Shown here piece after piece: positions 30,301-38,973 of a DNA stretch of 64,000 nt. Positions within the stretch are counted from its first letter, which is position 1, and every line of letters starts with the position of its first letter. The DNA is taken from contig CBDCXV010000011.1 in the NCBI GenBank assembly GCA_965223905.1, forward strand, positions 384,001 to 448,000. Reading direction: 5' to 3'. Below the pieces are notes generated by a model. That model saw only the letters and a program-made list of their open reading frames with translations, did no database searches and was not told the origin of the DNA. Made by a program: the position numbers and the translations under genes. Origin of the DNA: Candidatus Latescibacterota bacterium. GTDB lineage: Bacteria; Latescibacterota; UBA2968; UBA8231.

Positions 30301-31227
30301 CTAGGCGGGCAGCTTTTCGAATACCCGCAGTCCGGCGCTGCGAGCACGGGGATTGGCGGTTGTTTCCGCCGCGGTCGCCGTTCGCCTCTGGTGGACGGGA
30401 CGGAACGACGGTTTGCCCCCGCACCTGCATACGGGGATCCGGGGGGGACAAGTGCAGCCCTTTATCGCCGTGGCGAACGCTGACTTCACGAGTCTGTCTT
30501 CCAGGGAGTGGTACGATATTACCGCCAATCGGCCTTTGCACGTCAGCATTTCCATTGCGGCACTCAGTGCCGATTCCAGCGCCTTCAACTCGTCGTTGAC
30601 GACTATGCGCAGGGCCTGAAACACCCGAGCCAGCGTCTTGTTCGGCATCTGCGGATGCGTGGATTCCACCGCGGCCCGCAGGTCGCCGGTCGATCTCATT
30701 CCATTGCAGTCTCTTCGGATGCAGATAGCCCGGGCGATTCGGCGCGCGCCGCGCTCTTCGCCGTAGCGCCTGATCAAATCGGACAGGTCGGCTTCCGAGA
30801 CCTCCGCCAGCAGATCGCCCGCCGGGACCCCGGCGCCGCGGTCCATGCGCATGTCCAGGGGACCGGTCTCCCGGTAGCTGAACCCGCGGCCAGGTTCGTC
30901 GATCTGGTGCGAGGATACTCCCAGATCGAACAGAAGCCCGGAGACGGCTGTCGCCTCTGCAGCCTCCTCCAGCAGGATCGGCAGGTCGCAGAAATTGCCT
31001 TGAAGGACCACCATGCGGCCTGCAAATTCCCCGGCAATCTGCCGCAGACGGGCGATCGCCTCCGGATCGCGGTCTATCGCGATGAGCCGGCCATCCTGGG
31101 CGAGTCGCCCCAGGATCGCGCGGCTGTGTCCCCCGCCCCCGGCTGTAGCGTCGACATACACCCCTGCAGGGTCGTTGACGAGGCCGGCGACGACCTCCGA
31201 CACCATGACCGGCCGGTGGTATTCCAT
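30301..31227 (-). CDS. rsmH: 16S rRNA m4C1402 methyltransferase RsmH
   Basis: HRPVM, DATAGGGGHS, DLGVSSHQ, PLDMRM, ISYHSLEDR, NPRARSA. Confidence 0.96.
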   Translation of the reverse strand: MEYHRPVMVSEVVAGLVNDPAGVYVDATAGGGGHSRAILGRLAQDGRLIAIDRDPEAIARLRQIAGEFAGRMVVLQGNFCDLPILLEEAAEATAVSGLLFDLGVSSHQIDEPGRGFSYRETGPLDMRMDRGAGVPAGDLLAEVSEADLSDLIRRYGEERGARRIARAICIRRDCNGMRSTGDLRAAVESTHPQMPNKTLARVFQALRIVVNDELKALESALSAAMEMLTCKGRLAVISYHSLEDRLVKSAFATAIKGCTCPPRIPVCRCGGKPSFRPVHQRRTATAAETTANPRARSAGLRVFEKLPA

Positions 31228-31260
31228 TGCGTCGATCCGTTTTCTTCAGAGTGTGGAAAC

Positions 31261-31704
31261 TCAAAGCGGCAAGCCTTCCGCGGATTGGGTCAGTCCCGCC
31301 TGGGCCGGCGCCAGATAGGAATTCCAGGCTTCCGGTTCCCAGAACTCGAGCTTCCTCCCGGCTCCTGCGATTACCATCCGATCGGAGACGCCTGCACGAT
31401 CGAGCAGCTTTTTCGGAAGGGTGGCCCTCCCCTGCCGGTCGAGCCTAACCTCCGCTGCCTGGGAGAAAACCACGCGGTAGTACTGGCGGGCATTCTGATC
31501 GGTCTGCGGCAAATCGGCAATTTTCGTGGCGATCTCGCTCCAGGCTTGATGTGGATGGGCGTTGAGACAGCCATCCAGCCCCCGGGTCACTACCAGAGTG
31601 TCGCCATCTTCGGGAAGCAGCTTGCGTCGCAACTCCGCCGGCAGGAAGATGCGGCCCTTGTCGTCGACCGGTACGTCGTATTCCCCGAGAAAAAACTGAG
31701 CCAC
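31261..31704 (-). CDS. mraZ: Transcriptional regulator MraZ
   Basis: FLGEY, VDDKGRI, LDRQGR, LEFWEP. Confidence 0.93.
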   Translation of the reverse strand: MAQFFLGEYDVPVDDKGRIFLPAELRRKLLPEDGDTLVVTRGLDGCLNAHPHQAWSEIATKIADLPQTDQNARQYYRVVFSQAAEVRLDRQGRATLPKKLLDRAGVSDRMVIAGAGRKLEFWEPEAWNSYLAPAQAGLTQSAEGLPL

Positions 31705-31734
31705 TGGCCTCCGCCTTCTGCGAACCGCCTTATC

Positions 31735-31808
31735 TTCCCCCCACTATCCACCCTTTTACACCATTTTACACCCGAGATAGTATACGGTTCCCCAGAAAGG
31801 GATGTCAA
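31735..31808 (-). promoter_or_regulatory. dcw promoter with MraZ-type 10-bp periodic repeats
   Basis: TTGACA (31808-31803)-N18-TATACT (31784-31779), then GGTGTAAAAT-GGTGTAAAAG-GGTGGATAGT-GGGGG on the minus strand. Confidence 0.7.
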
Positions 31809-31916
31809 GGCAATTATCCGGTCTCCGCCTTGGGGACGTATGTCGATTCTGCCCCGCCCCTTCCTAAAGAGCAACGGGTACCTATGGATGAGGAGAATGC
31901 GGGTAGATTTCCCAGC

Positions 31917-32516
31917 TCAGGCCAGCTCTACAACCTGCCGATTGATGACCATTCCCCGGGCCTGGTACTTCTCTTCGTAGTTGGTGGGAACCCCCTCCCA
32001 CTCCGCTTCGACCGCCCGGAGCCGCGGGAACTTCCCCAGAACCTCGAACATGACCTCGAAGTACTCTACATGGTCGGTGGCCATCCACAGTCGGCCTCCA
32101 GGGATCAGGGTGCGCTCGATCTCGGCGATGAATTCGCTGTTGACCAAGCGGCGCTTGTGGTGGCGTTTCTTCGGCCAGGGGTCGGGAAAATAGATGTGGT
32201 AAGCCCTGATGGAGTCGGCCGGCAGGAAGAATTCGACGAACTCTCGCGCATCCGCCCGCGCCAGCCTGACATTGCCGAGCTGGCGTTTCAGACATCGCTG
32301 GTGGGCAATCCGCAGGTACTTGCTCGCCCACTCGACGCCGAAATAGTTCGTGCTCCCGTTGCGCTGAGCGGCATCGATCAGGAAACGCCCCTTCCCGATT
32401 CCCAGCTCGACCTCTACCTCGTTGGCATTGCCGAACAGGTTCTCAAAGTCGAGGACGGGATCGCCGTCGCACCGCTCCTCGAGATCGAGAATCAGGTTTT
32501 CAACTTGCCGGGTCAT
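31917..32516 (-). CDS. trmB: tRNA m7G46 methyltransferase TrmB
   Basis: VELGIGKGRF, YFPDPWPKKRHHKRR, ATDHVEY, TNYEEK. Confidence 0.94.
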   Translation of the reverse strand: MTRQVENLILDLEERCDGDPVLDFENLFGNANEVEVELGIGKGRFLIDAAQRNGSTNYFGVEWASKYLRIAHQRCLKRQLGNVRLARADAREFVEFFLPADSIRAYHIYFPDPWPKKRHHKRRLVNSEFIAEIERTLIPGGRLWMATDHVEYFEVMFEVLGKFPRLRAVEAEWEGVPTNYEEKYQARGMVINRQVVELA

Positions 32517-32568
32517 CTTGCCCCATCAGACAGGCAGGGGTTACCCTGACCACCATCGGAAAACAGCA

Positions 32569-32602
32569 CGGGCGCTGCCCTGCATGCCACGAGCAGCGCC
32601 CG
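32569..32602. terminator. Strong hairpin between moeZ and trmB
   Basis: CGGGCGCTGC...GCAGCGCCCG 10-bp stem with no clear U tract. Confidence 0.4.
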
Positions 32603-32629
32603 GATGATGGTTCCTGTTCCAGTTGCCTG

Positions 32630-33817
32630 TTATCCCGCCGCTTCGTGAGAGGGCAGGCCGCAGAACTGATCGTAGTCGATCAGCCCGGAAATCGAGGGGT
32701 TCTCCCCGCATGCCGGACACTCGAGGTCGCGGCGGAGCTTGAGCTCGCGGAAGGTCATGTCCAAGGCGTCGTAGAGCACGAGCCGGCCGACCAGAGAGGA
32801 CCCCTTGCCGAGAATTAGCTTGACGACCTCGGTCGCCTGGATCACGCCGACGATCCCCGGCAACACTCCGAGCACACCTCCTTCGGCGCAGCTGGGAACC
32901 TCGCCGGGAGGGGGAGGTTCGGGATACTGGCAGCGGTAGCAGGGTCCCCCTGCGGCCGGATTGTACACGGTCGCCTGTCCTTCGAAGCGGAAGATGCTGC
33001 CGTCCACCACCGGCCTGCCCACAAGCACGGCGGCGTCGTTCACGAGATATCGCGTCGGGAAATTGTCGCATCCGTTGACTATGATGTCGTACTGCGGCAG
33101 GATCTCCATGGCGTTGTCCGAGGTCAGCAACTCGTAGTGGGCACGGACTTCCACTCCCGGGTTGAGGTCGAGGAGGCGTTGTTTGGCGGCCTCGACCTTC
33201 GGCTGCCCGACCATCGATTCGCCGAACAGCACTTGGCGCTGGAGATTGCTCTTGTCGACGACGTCGGCATCGACAAGGCCGATGGTCCCCACCCCGGCGG
33301 CTGCCAGGTAGAGCCCCGTGGGACATCCGAGTCCTCCTGCTCCAATCAACAGCACCTTGGCCTTAAGCAACTCCTGCTGCCCCTGCTCACCCACCTCGGG
33401 CAGCAGGATGTGCCGGGAGTAGCGCTGCAGGTCTTCCGCTGACAGGAGGCCGTTCTGCTCGATGCCGTAGCCGGCGTCTTTCCAGCCTTTGATGCCGCCG
33501 ATCATCGAGCTGACCTTGGAGTACCCCATCTCCTCCAGATCGCGGGCGGCCAGGGCGGATCGATTGCCCCCGGCGCAGTAGAGTACGATGCTCGCGTTCC
33601 TGTCCATGGTGACATCTTCCTCGATGTTGAGCTCGAGGAAGCCCCTTGGGATCAGCTCGGCACCCGGGATGTATCCGTCCAGGACCTCGTCCCGCTCGCG
33701 AACGTCGATGAGATGCCGAACCTCCCCGGACTGCAATCCGCGATGTACCGACTCGGGGCTGACTTCGGATATCTGCCGCTTTATCCTGTCCAGCAGCTGA
33801 CTTGAGGTGACTGACAT
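32630..33817 (-). CDS. moeB: MoeZ/MoeB-type sulfur-carrier adenylyltransferase with N-terminal rhodanese domain
   Basis: IDVRE...YCAGGNRS (rhodanese); RYSRHILLPEVG, GAGGLG, SNLQRQ, PCYRC, PSCAEGGVLG, CPAC. Confidence 0.9.
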   Translation of the reverse strand: MSVTSSQLLDRIKRQISEVSPESVHRGLQSGEVRHLIDVRERDEVLDGYIPGAELIPRGFLELNIEEDVTMDRNASIVLYCAGGNRSALAARDLEEMGYSKVSSMIGGIKGWKDAGYGIEQNGLLSAEDLQRYSRHILLPEVGEQGQQELLKAKVLLIGAGGLGCPTGLYLAAAGVGTIGLVDADVVDKSNLQRQVLFGESMVGQPKVEAAKQRLLDLNPGVEVRAHYELLTSDNAMEILPQYDIIVNGCDNFPTRYLVNDAAVLVGRPVVDGSIFRFEGQATVYNPAAGGPCYRCQYPEPPPPGEVPSCAEGGVLGVLPGIVGVIQATEVVKLILGKGSSLVGRLVLYDALDMTFRELKLRRDLECPACGENPSISGLIDYDQFCGLPSHEAAG

Positions 33818-33950
33818 TTTTAAACTCCTGAAAGGGATTTGTTATGAGGTTATGTACTGTTTTCCTGGGTTCGCCTGCAACTGTCAAATAATTATCTATA
33901 GCCTGTTCCCACCATGTGCAACCCCGCGGTCCGGGCGCTACCGGTCTCGC

Positions 33951-35183
33951 CTAAGCCGCGGCCACGGACTTCCGCTCCTTGGCGATCGCAGAAAGGATGA
34001 AATCCACAGCCGACTCGATCTCTTCCTCAGTCGTAAAGCGACCGATCCCGAAGCGCACGGTCTCTGCTGCGGCCGTATCGTCGAGGCCGATCGCCTTGAG
34101 GACATGAGAGGGCCCGGCGCGGCCCGATTTGCAGGCCGATCCGGAAGAAAACGCGACCCTGTCGCGCAGGCCGTTCATCAACCTCCCGCTGTCGACATCC
34201 ACGAAACGAAGGCTGAGGCATCCCGGGAGCCGTCGCTCCGGGTGACCGTTGGCGACCGCTGTTCCCGCGGCTTCGAGTTTGCGCTGCAGGACCTCGCGAA
34301 GAGTGCGGAGCCGAGCTGCCTCCGCAGCCATCTCGAGACGGGCGATCTCACTGCCCTTACCGAGACCGACGGCACCCGGTACGTTGATGGTACCCGACCG
34401 CATTCCCCGCTCCTGTCCCCCGCCCTCGAGCTGCGCGGCAAGGCGCAGGCGCGGGCGACGATTCGAGCGCACATAGAGCGCCCCCTCTCCTTTCGGGGCA
34501 TAAAGTTTATGAGCCGAGATCGACAACAGGTCGATGCCGAGGGCGTCGACATCGAGAGGGATCTTGCCCACTGCCTGCGCCCCATCGCAGTGCCAGGGGA
34601 CGGCGAATTCGCGCGCCACTTCGCCGATTTCCACAAGCGATTGAATGGTTCCCAGTTCGTTGTTGGCTGCCATTACGGAAATGAGCAGGGTGTCCTCCGA
34701 AAGGGCCGCGCGCAGTTCCGCAGGATCGAGCATTCCGTACCTGTCGACGGGTAATACGACGATTTCGAAGCCGCGTTTTTCCAGCGACGCGCAACAGTCC
34801 AGGACCGAGGGGTGTTCGGTGGCACAGGTGATGATCCTGCCGCCGGGCCGGCCGCTGGCTTCCGCGACACCCTTCAGGGCGAGATTGTTTGCTTCCGTTG
34901 CACCGCTGGTGAAAACGATTTCCCGTTCCTTGGCGCCGATGAGCCGAGCGACCTCGGCTCGGGCCGCGGTCACCGCATCGGCAGCTTGCCAACCGAACCC
35001 GTGGGTCGTGCTCGAGGCATTGCCGAAATGCCTTTCCAGGAAGGGCAGGACGGCTTCCAGCACCCTCGGATCGACAGGCGTGGTCGCCAGGTTGTCGAGG
35101 TATATCGGAGCGTCTGGTGCAGGAGGGTGGCGGGTGTAACTAGGCGCTGAAGGATTCGCCACAGCCGCAGGTCGTGCGGGCAT
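33951..35183 (-). CDS. iscS: Cysteine desulfurase IscS/NifS (start uncertain)
   Basis: IYLDNLATT, FTSGATEANN, SAHKLYAPKG, RSGT, SSGSACKS. Confidence 0.92.
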   Translation of the reverse strand: MPARPAAVANPSAPSYTRHPPAPDAPIYLDNLATTPVDPRVLEAVLPFLERHFGNASSTTHGFGWQAADAVTAARAEVARLIGAKEREIVFTSGATEANNLALKGVAEASGRPGGRIITCATEHPSVLDCCASLEKRGFEIVVLPVDRYGMLDPAELRAALSEDTLLISVMAANNELGTIQSLVEIGEVAREFAVPWHCDGAQAVGKIPLDVDALGIDLLSISAHKLYAPKGEGALYVRSNRRPRLRLAAQLEGGGQERGMRSGTINVPGAVGLGKGSEIARLEMAAEAARLRTLREVLQRKLEAAGTAVANGHPERRLPGCLSLRFVDVDSGRLMNGLRDRVAFSSGSACKSGRAGPSHVLKAIGLDDTAAAETVRFGIGRFTTEEEIESAVDFILSAIAKERKSVAAA

Positions 35184-35463
35184 TGGGATTCTCGATCTGG
35201 AACCCGGAACCCATCAACCCGTCGTCGAAGTTCAATACGACTCCGTTCAGGTAGAGGCTGCTCTTGGGATCGACGAAGACGCGGACGCCGTTCGATTCGA
35301 CCACCTGGTCCATCTCTCCGGGAGCTTCCTCGAATTCGAGTTGATACTGGAATCCCGAGCAACCGCCCCCGCGTACGGCCACGCGCAGGCCTTGGGTCGG
35401 GTTCCCTTCCTTCTCGAGCAGGGTTCTGATTTTGACGGCGGCGCCGTCGGTGACAGTAATCAT
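35140..35463 (-). CDS. iscA: A-type Fe-S carrier (IscA/ErpA/HesB)
   Basis: GGGCSGFQY, NPNARTTCGCGESF. Confidence 0.93.
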   Translation of the reverse strand: MITVTDGAAVKIRTLLEKEGNPTQGLRVAVRGGGCSGFQYQLEFEEAPGEMDQVVESNGVRVFVDPKSSLYLNGVVLNFDDGLMGSGFQIENPNARTTCGCGESFSA

Positions 35464-35495
35464 CGCTTTTCAGGTTCCCGTTAAATTGCCGGAAG

Positions 35496-35963
35496 TCAGC
35501 TCTTATAGATCGCGCAATCGACCAGGTCGGGTACATCTTCGATGCGCTGGTACACCTCGCAATTTTGACAATCGCGCTCGAACACCTTGATCGAACACCG
35601 CAGACACCCCTTCAGTGCTTCGATCCCGCGTGCGGTGCGCTGCCGCATTTCGGTGTAGTGGGCGAGCTTGTATTCGATCTCGCGTTGCTGCGCGTCGAGA
35701 AGCTCGATCATCGCCGTGGCCAGCTCGCCCCCGGTCCCAGCCTTGCGTCGCAGGCTGAACATATCGCCTATGCGATCGAGCTCAAAGCCGAGCGCTTTCA
35801 GACTCTGGATGATCTCGAGACGACGCAACTGCTCGGAGGAGTAGAGCCGGAAGCCACCATTGGTCCGCTCCTGAGGCTCGACCATTCCGAGCTCTTCGTA
35901 GTAGCGTATCGTGCGGGTCGATACCCCGGCGCGCGCTGCCAGATCGCCGATCCGCATCATCAT
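35496..35963 (-). CDS. MerR family regulator with C-terminal Cys cluster
   Basis: MRIGDLAARAGVSTRTIRYYEELG HTH; C-terminal CLRC-x8-CQNC plus one further Cys. Confidence 0.9.
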   Translation of the reverse strand: MMMRIGDLAARAGVSTRTIRYYEELGMVEPQERTNGGFRLYSSEQLRRLEIIQSLKALGFELDRIGDMFSLRRKAGTGGELATAMIELLDAQQREIEYKLAHYTEMRQRTARGIEALKGCLRCSIKVFERDCQNCEVYQRIEDVPDLVDCAIYKS

Positions 35964-36022
35964 GGGGGGAAAACCTTGTCCGAGCTCAACATACCCAGGC
36001 TGACGTTTTTTTGGTTTTTTGG

Positions 36023-36051
36023 AATGTATCCACCCCCTTTCCGAGTGTCAA
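36023..36051 (-). promoter_or_regulatory. Sigma70 promoter of merR-iscA-iscS
   Basis: TTGACA (36051-36046)-N17-TACATT (36028-36023). Confidence 0.7.
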
Positions 36052-36164
36052 CGAAGCTGCCCTGCCCACGTTCTTTTCGCGTCGGCGCCGTTGCTACCTG
36101 AAGTAGGGAAAAACATTCGGACGTAGGGGAACTTTCGCATGCCGCACAGGTTGTACCGGACCAT

Positions 36165-36796
36165 ATGCTGATGAAACTGCAAATCCGGAAAAACGCGCTC
36201 CTCCGCGGACTGCCTGGCGGCGTTGTGGCGGTGCTGCTGGCATCCGCCTTGCCCTCGCCAGGGGGGCCGGCACCGACGCTCCATCAATTCGATCTGGAGG
36301 GCCTGGTGGAGAATGCCGAGCGCATCTTCCTCGGCAGGTGCGAAGCCGCGTCGACACTGAAACTTCACAGGCTGATCTGCACGCGGTACGTATCGCCGTT
36401 GACGAGATGCTGAAAGGAGAGAAAGCGGACCGCATCGTCGTGAACCTGCAGGGCGGTCGCTCGAAAGAATCGGATTTTCGCCTCGTCGGGATGCCCGTGT
36501 TCCTTCCCCGCGAACGCATCGTCCTGTTCCTGACGGGGCCCGACGCCGCGGGAAACCCGTGGCCGGTCGGTCTCGCCCGGGGAAAGTTCCGGATCGAAAG
36601 CGACCCTTCCCACATCGGAGAGCCAAGGGTGTACCAGTCGCTCCCCGGCCTCTTCCTCTACACTTCCGAAACCGGCTCTGGCAGTGCCAAGGCGAGCAAC
36701 CCGAACGGCGACGGACACCCATTGACCGAGTTTCTCTCCTCCATACGCCGCCTCGCCGGTTCCGAGTCGCCGGAGCCAGGCCGGGATGCTCGCTGA
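36165..36796 (+). pseudogene. Secreted protein (protease-associated N-terminal-like domain), frameshifted at about 36390
   Basis: Signal peptide, LEGLVENAERIFLGRC...ICTRY | RIAVDEMLKG...GMPVFLPRERIVLFL...PVGLARGKF. Confidence 0.6.
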
Positions 36797-37986
36797 CCGG
36801 TATTTCCGATCCGCCTCCCTGGCCGCGGCCGCCACCTTGGCGCTGGCCGCAACCTGGGCAGAGGGTTTCCTCATCCAGACGATCGAGGGTCGTTCCGGAT
36901 ATCTTCAGCTGACCTGGGCTTCGGAGCGGATTGCATTCTCACTCGACGCCGGGGGTACGAGGGATCTCGGCGCATCCCGCACGCACGGAATCCTGCGCGA
37001 GGCTTTCCAGGTGTGGCAGGAAGTCTCGACGGCGCGCATCGGGTTCGAGGACCGCGGCCTGACATCGACGTCTGCGAGCGGGCGGGACGGGGTCAACGTC
37101 CTTGACTTTCGACGAAACCGGGAAGTTCATACAGGCGCCCCCGGGGACGGGCCTGATCGCGGTCACCCGGATCCACTCGGATCCGGAGACCGGGAAGATC
37201 ACCGATGCCGACATCGTCTTCAACGGCCGCGACTTCACTTTCGGGGATGGTGCGGAGCCGGGTGCCGTCGAGTTGCGCGACGTGGCCGTCCACGAGATCG
37301 GCCACCTGCTCGGCCTCGACCACACCCCTCTGGAGGGACCGCTAGCGATTCGCCCGACCATGAACCCGTTTTACGACGACGGCGGTCCGGGCGAAGGATT
37401 CACCCTCGAAGCAGACGACATCGCCGGGGTTTCGATGATGTACCCTGCTCCCACTTTTGCGCTTTCGACAGGAAGAATCGCCGGCCGAATCACCGATGTC
37501 GAAGACACCCCCGTCTTCGGCGCTCTGGTGAGCGCCGAGAATCAGTCTTCGGGTGAGTCCTACGCCACCTTGTCCGGAGCCTTTCCCGAACTCGGAAGCC
37601 GCAGCCAGCCCCGCAGGGGGGAATTCCTGCTTGCAGGCCTCCTGCCCGGCGGGTATCGCCTGCTATATGGCTGATTCCGCCGGTCTCCCTACCCGGTTCG
37701 GCATCGACAGGCTCTACCCCAACCCCTTCAACGCTTCGGTACGGGTCGAATACTCCCTGAATCGACCAGTTGCTGCCTCCGGTGATGGGGCTGCGCGCCT
37801 GGAGATCTGCAACCTGCTGGGGCAAGCGTGCGGATCCTGGTCGACGAAAGGACGCTTCCCGGCAGGCATTTGGTTTTCCGGGACGAACGGGACGGGACCG
37901 GACTGCCGCTGGCCAGTGGTGTCTATTTCGCCGTCCTGCGCACCAAGGCGGCCATGAGCAGCCGGAAAGTACTGCTTCTCAGGTAG
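36786..37986 (+). pseudogene. Matrixin (M10-like) zinc metalloprotease with T9SS-like/FlgD C-terminal domain, 3 frameshifts
   Basis: Signal peptide; ITDADIVFN, HEIGHLLGLDH, PTMNP Met-turn; YPNPFN...NLLGQ|VRILV...ASGVYF...RKVLLLR. Frameshifts at about 37102, 37668 and 37826. Confidence 0.8.
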
Positions 37987-38061
37987 CGGGGTCGGCCGCT
38001 ACGACACCGCCCGGGCATCGTCGCGGATGAAACCCTCGACGCTGAGCGGGGTCGGCCGCTA
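37985..38061. repeat. Two copies of a 17-bp hairpin-forming direct repeat (AGCGGGGTCGGCCGCTA)
   Basis: Copies at 37985-38001 and 38045-38061 with a 43-bp spacer. Confidence 0.85.
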
Positions 38062-38967
38062 GTAGCGAAACCCCGTATCACAAAAGATGGTCACCAGCCG
38101 TTTCCCAGGGCCCAGGGTTGCGGCCACTTTCAGGGCTGCGGCGACGTTTGCGCCCGAGGACGGTCCAACCAACAACCCCTCCTCTTTTGCCAATCGCCGG
38201 GTGTAGGCGAAAGCCGTCTCGTCCGTCACGCGGACGACCTCGTCCATGACGTGCCGCCGCAGAATCGGCGGCACGAAGCCGGCGCCGATTCCCTGTATGC
38301 CGTGCAAGCCGGGCTCACCTCCCGACAAAACCGGCGAGCGCTCCGGTTCTACCGCGATGACGCGGACACCCGGGACCTCGCGCTTCAGCACCTCTCCCAC
38401 CCCCGAGATAGTGCCTCCCGTGCCGACTCCCGCTACAAATGCGTCGAGCTGGCCACCGGTCGCTTCGAGGATTTCACGCGCCGTGGTCTCGCGGTGGATT
38501 TGCGGGTTGGCGGCGTTGCAGAACTGCTGCGGCATGAAGATTCGCTCCGGGTTGGCGGCGACGAGCTCCTCCGCCTTCCGTATGGCCCCTGCCATATCTT
38601 CCGCGCCCGGAGTGAGGATGATGCGAGCGCCGTACGCAGCCATAACCGAAACACGCTCCCAGCTCATGCTGTCCGGCATCGTCAGGATGAGATCGTATCC
38701 CAGCGCCGAGGCGGCCATGGCAAGCGCGATCCCGGTGTTGCCGCTCGTCGGCTCGACGATCGCCATGCCCTTCTTCAGCACTCCCGCTTCCTCGGCGGCC
38801 CTGATCATGCTGAGACCGATGCGATCCTTGACACTGCCCCCCGGGTTGAGGGCTTCCAGCTTGCCGAGGATCTCCGACCCGTTCTCCGGCACGATCCTGG
38901 CCAGCCGGATCATAGGTGTGGCCCCGATGGTGTCGAGGATCGAATGGGCCGTTGACAGGGAGGTCAA
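38059..38967 (-). CDS. cysK: Cysteine synthase
   Basis: KLEALNPGGSVKDR, EPTSGNTG, GVGTGGT, HGIQGIGAGF, CDTG. Confidence 0.93.
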   Translation of the reverse strand: MTSLSTAHSILDTIGATPMIRLARIVPENGSEILGKLEALNPGGSVKDRIGLSMIRAAEEAGVLKKGMAIVEPTSGNTGIALAMAASALGYDLILTMPDSMSWERVSVMAAYGARIILTPGAEDMAGAIRKAEELVAANPERIFMPQQFCNAANPQIHRETTAREILEATGGQLDAFVAGVGTGGTISGVGEVLKREVPGVRVIAVEPERSPVLSGGEPGLHGIQGIGAGFVPPILRRHVMDEVVRVTDETAFAYTRRLAKEEGLLVGPSSGANVAAALKVAATLGPGKRLVTIFCDTGFRY

Positions 38968-38973
38968 CAGGAA

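Noticed and set aside
37985-38061. Mini CRISPR array
   Set aside because: Only two 17-bp copies, too short for CRISPR repeats, with no leader or cas genes.
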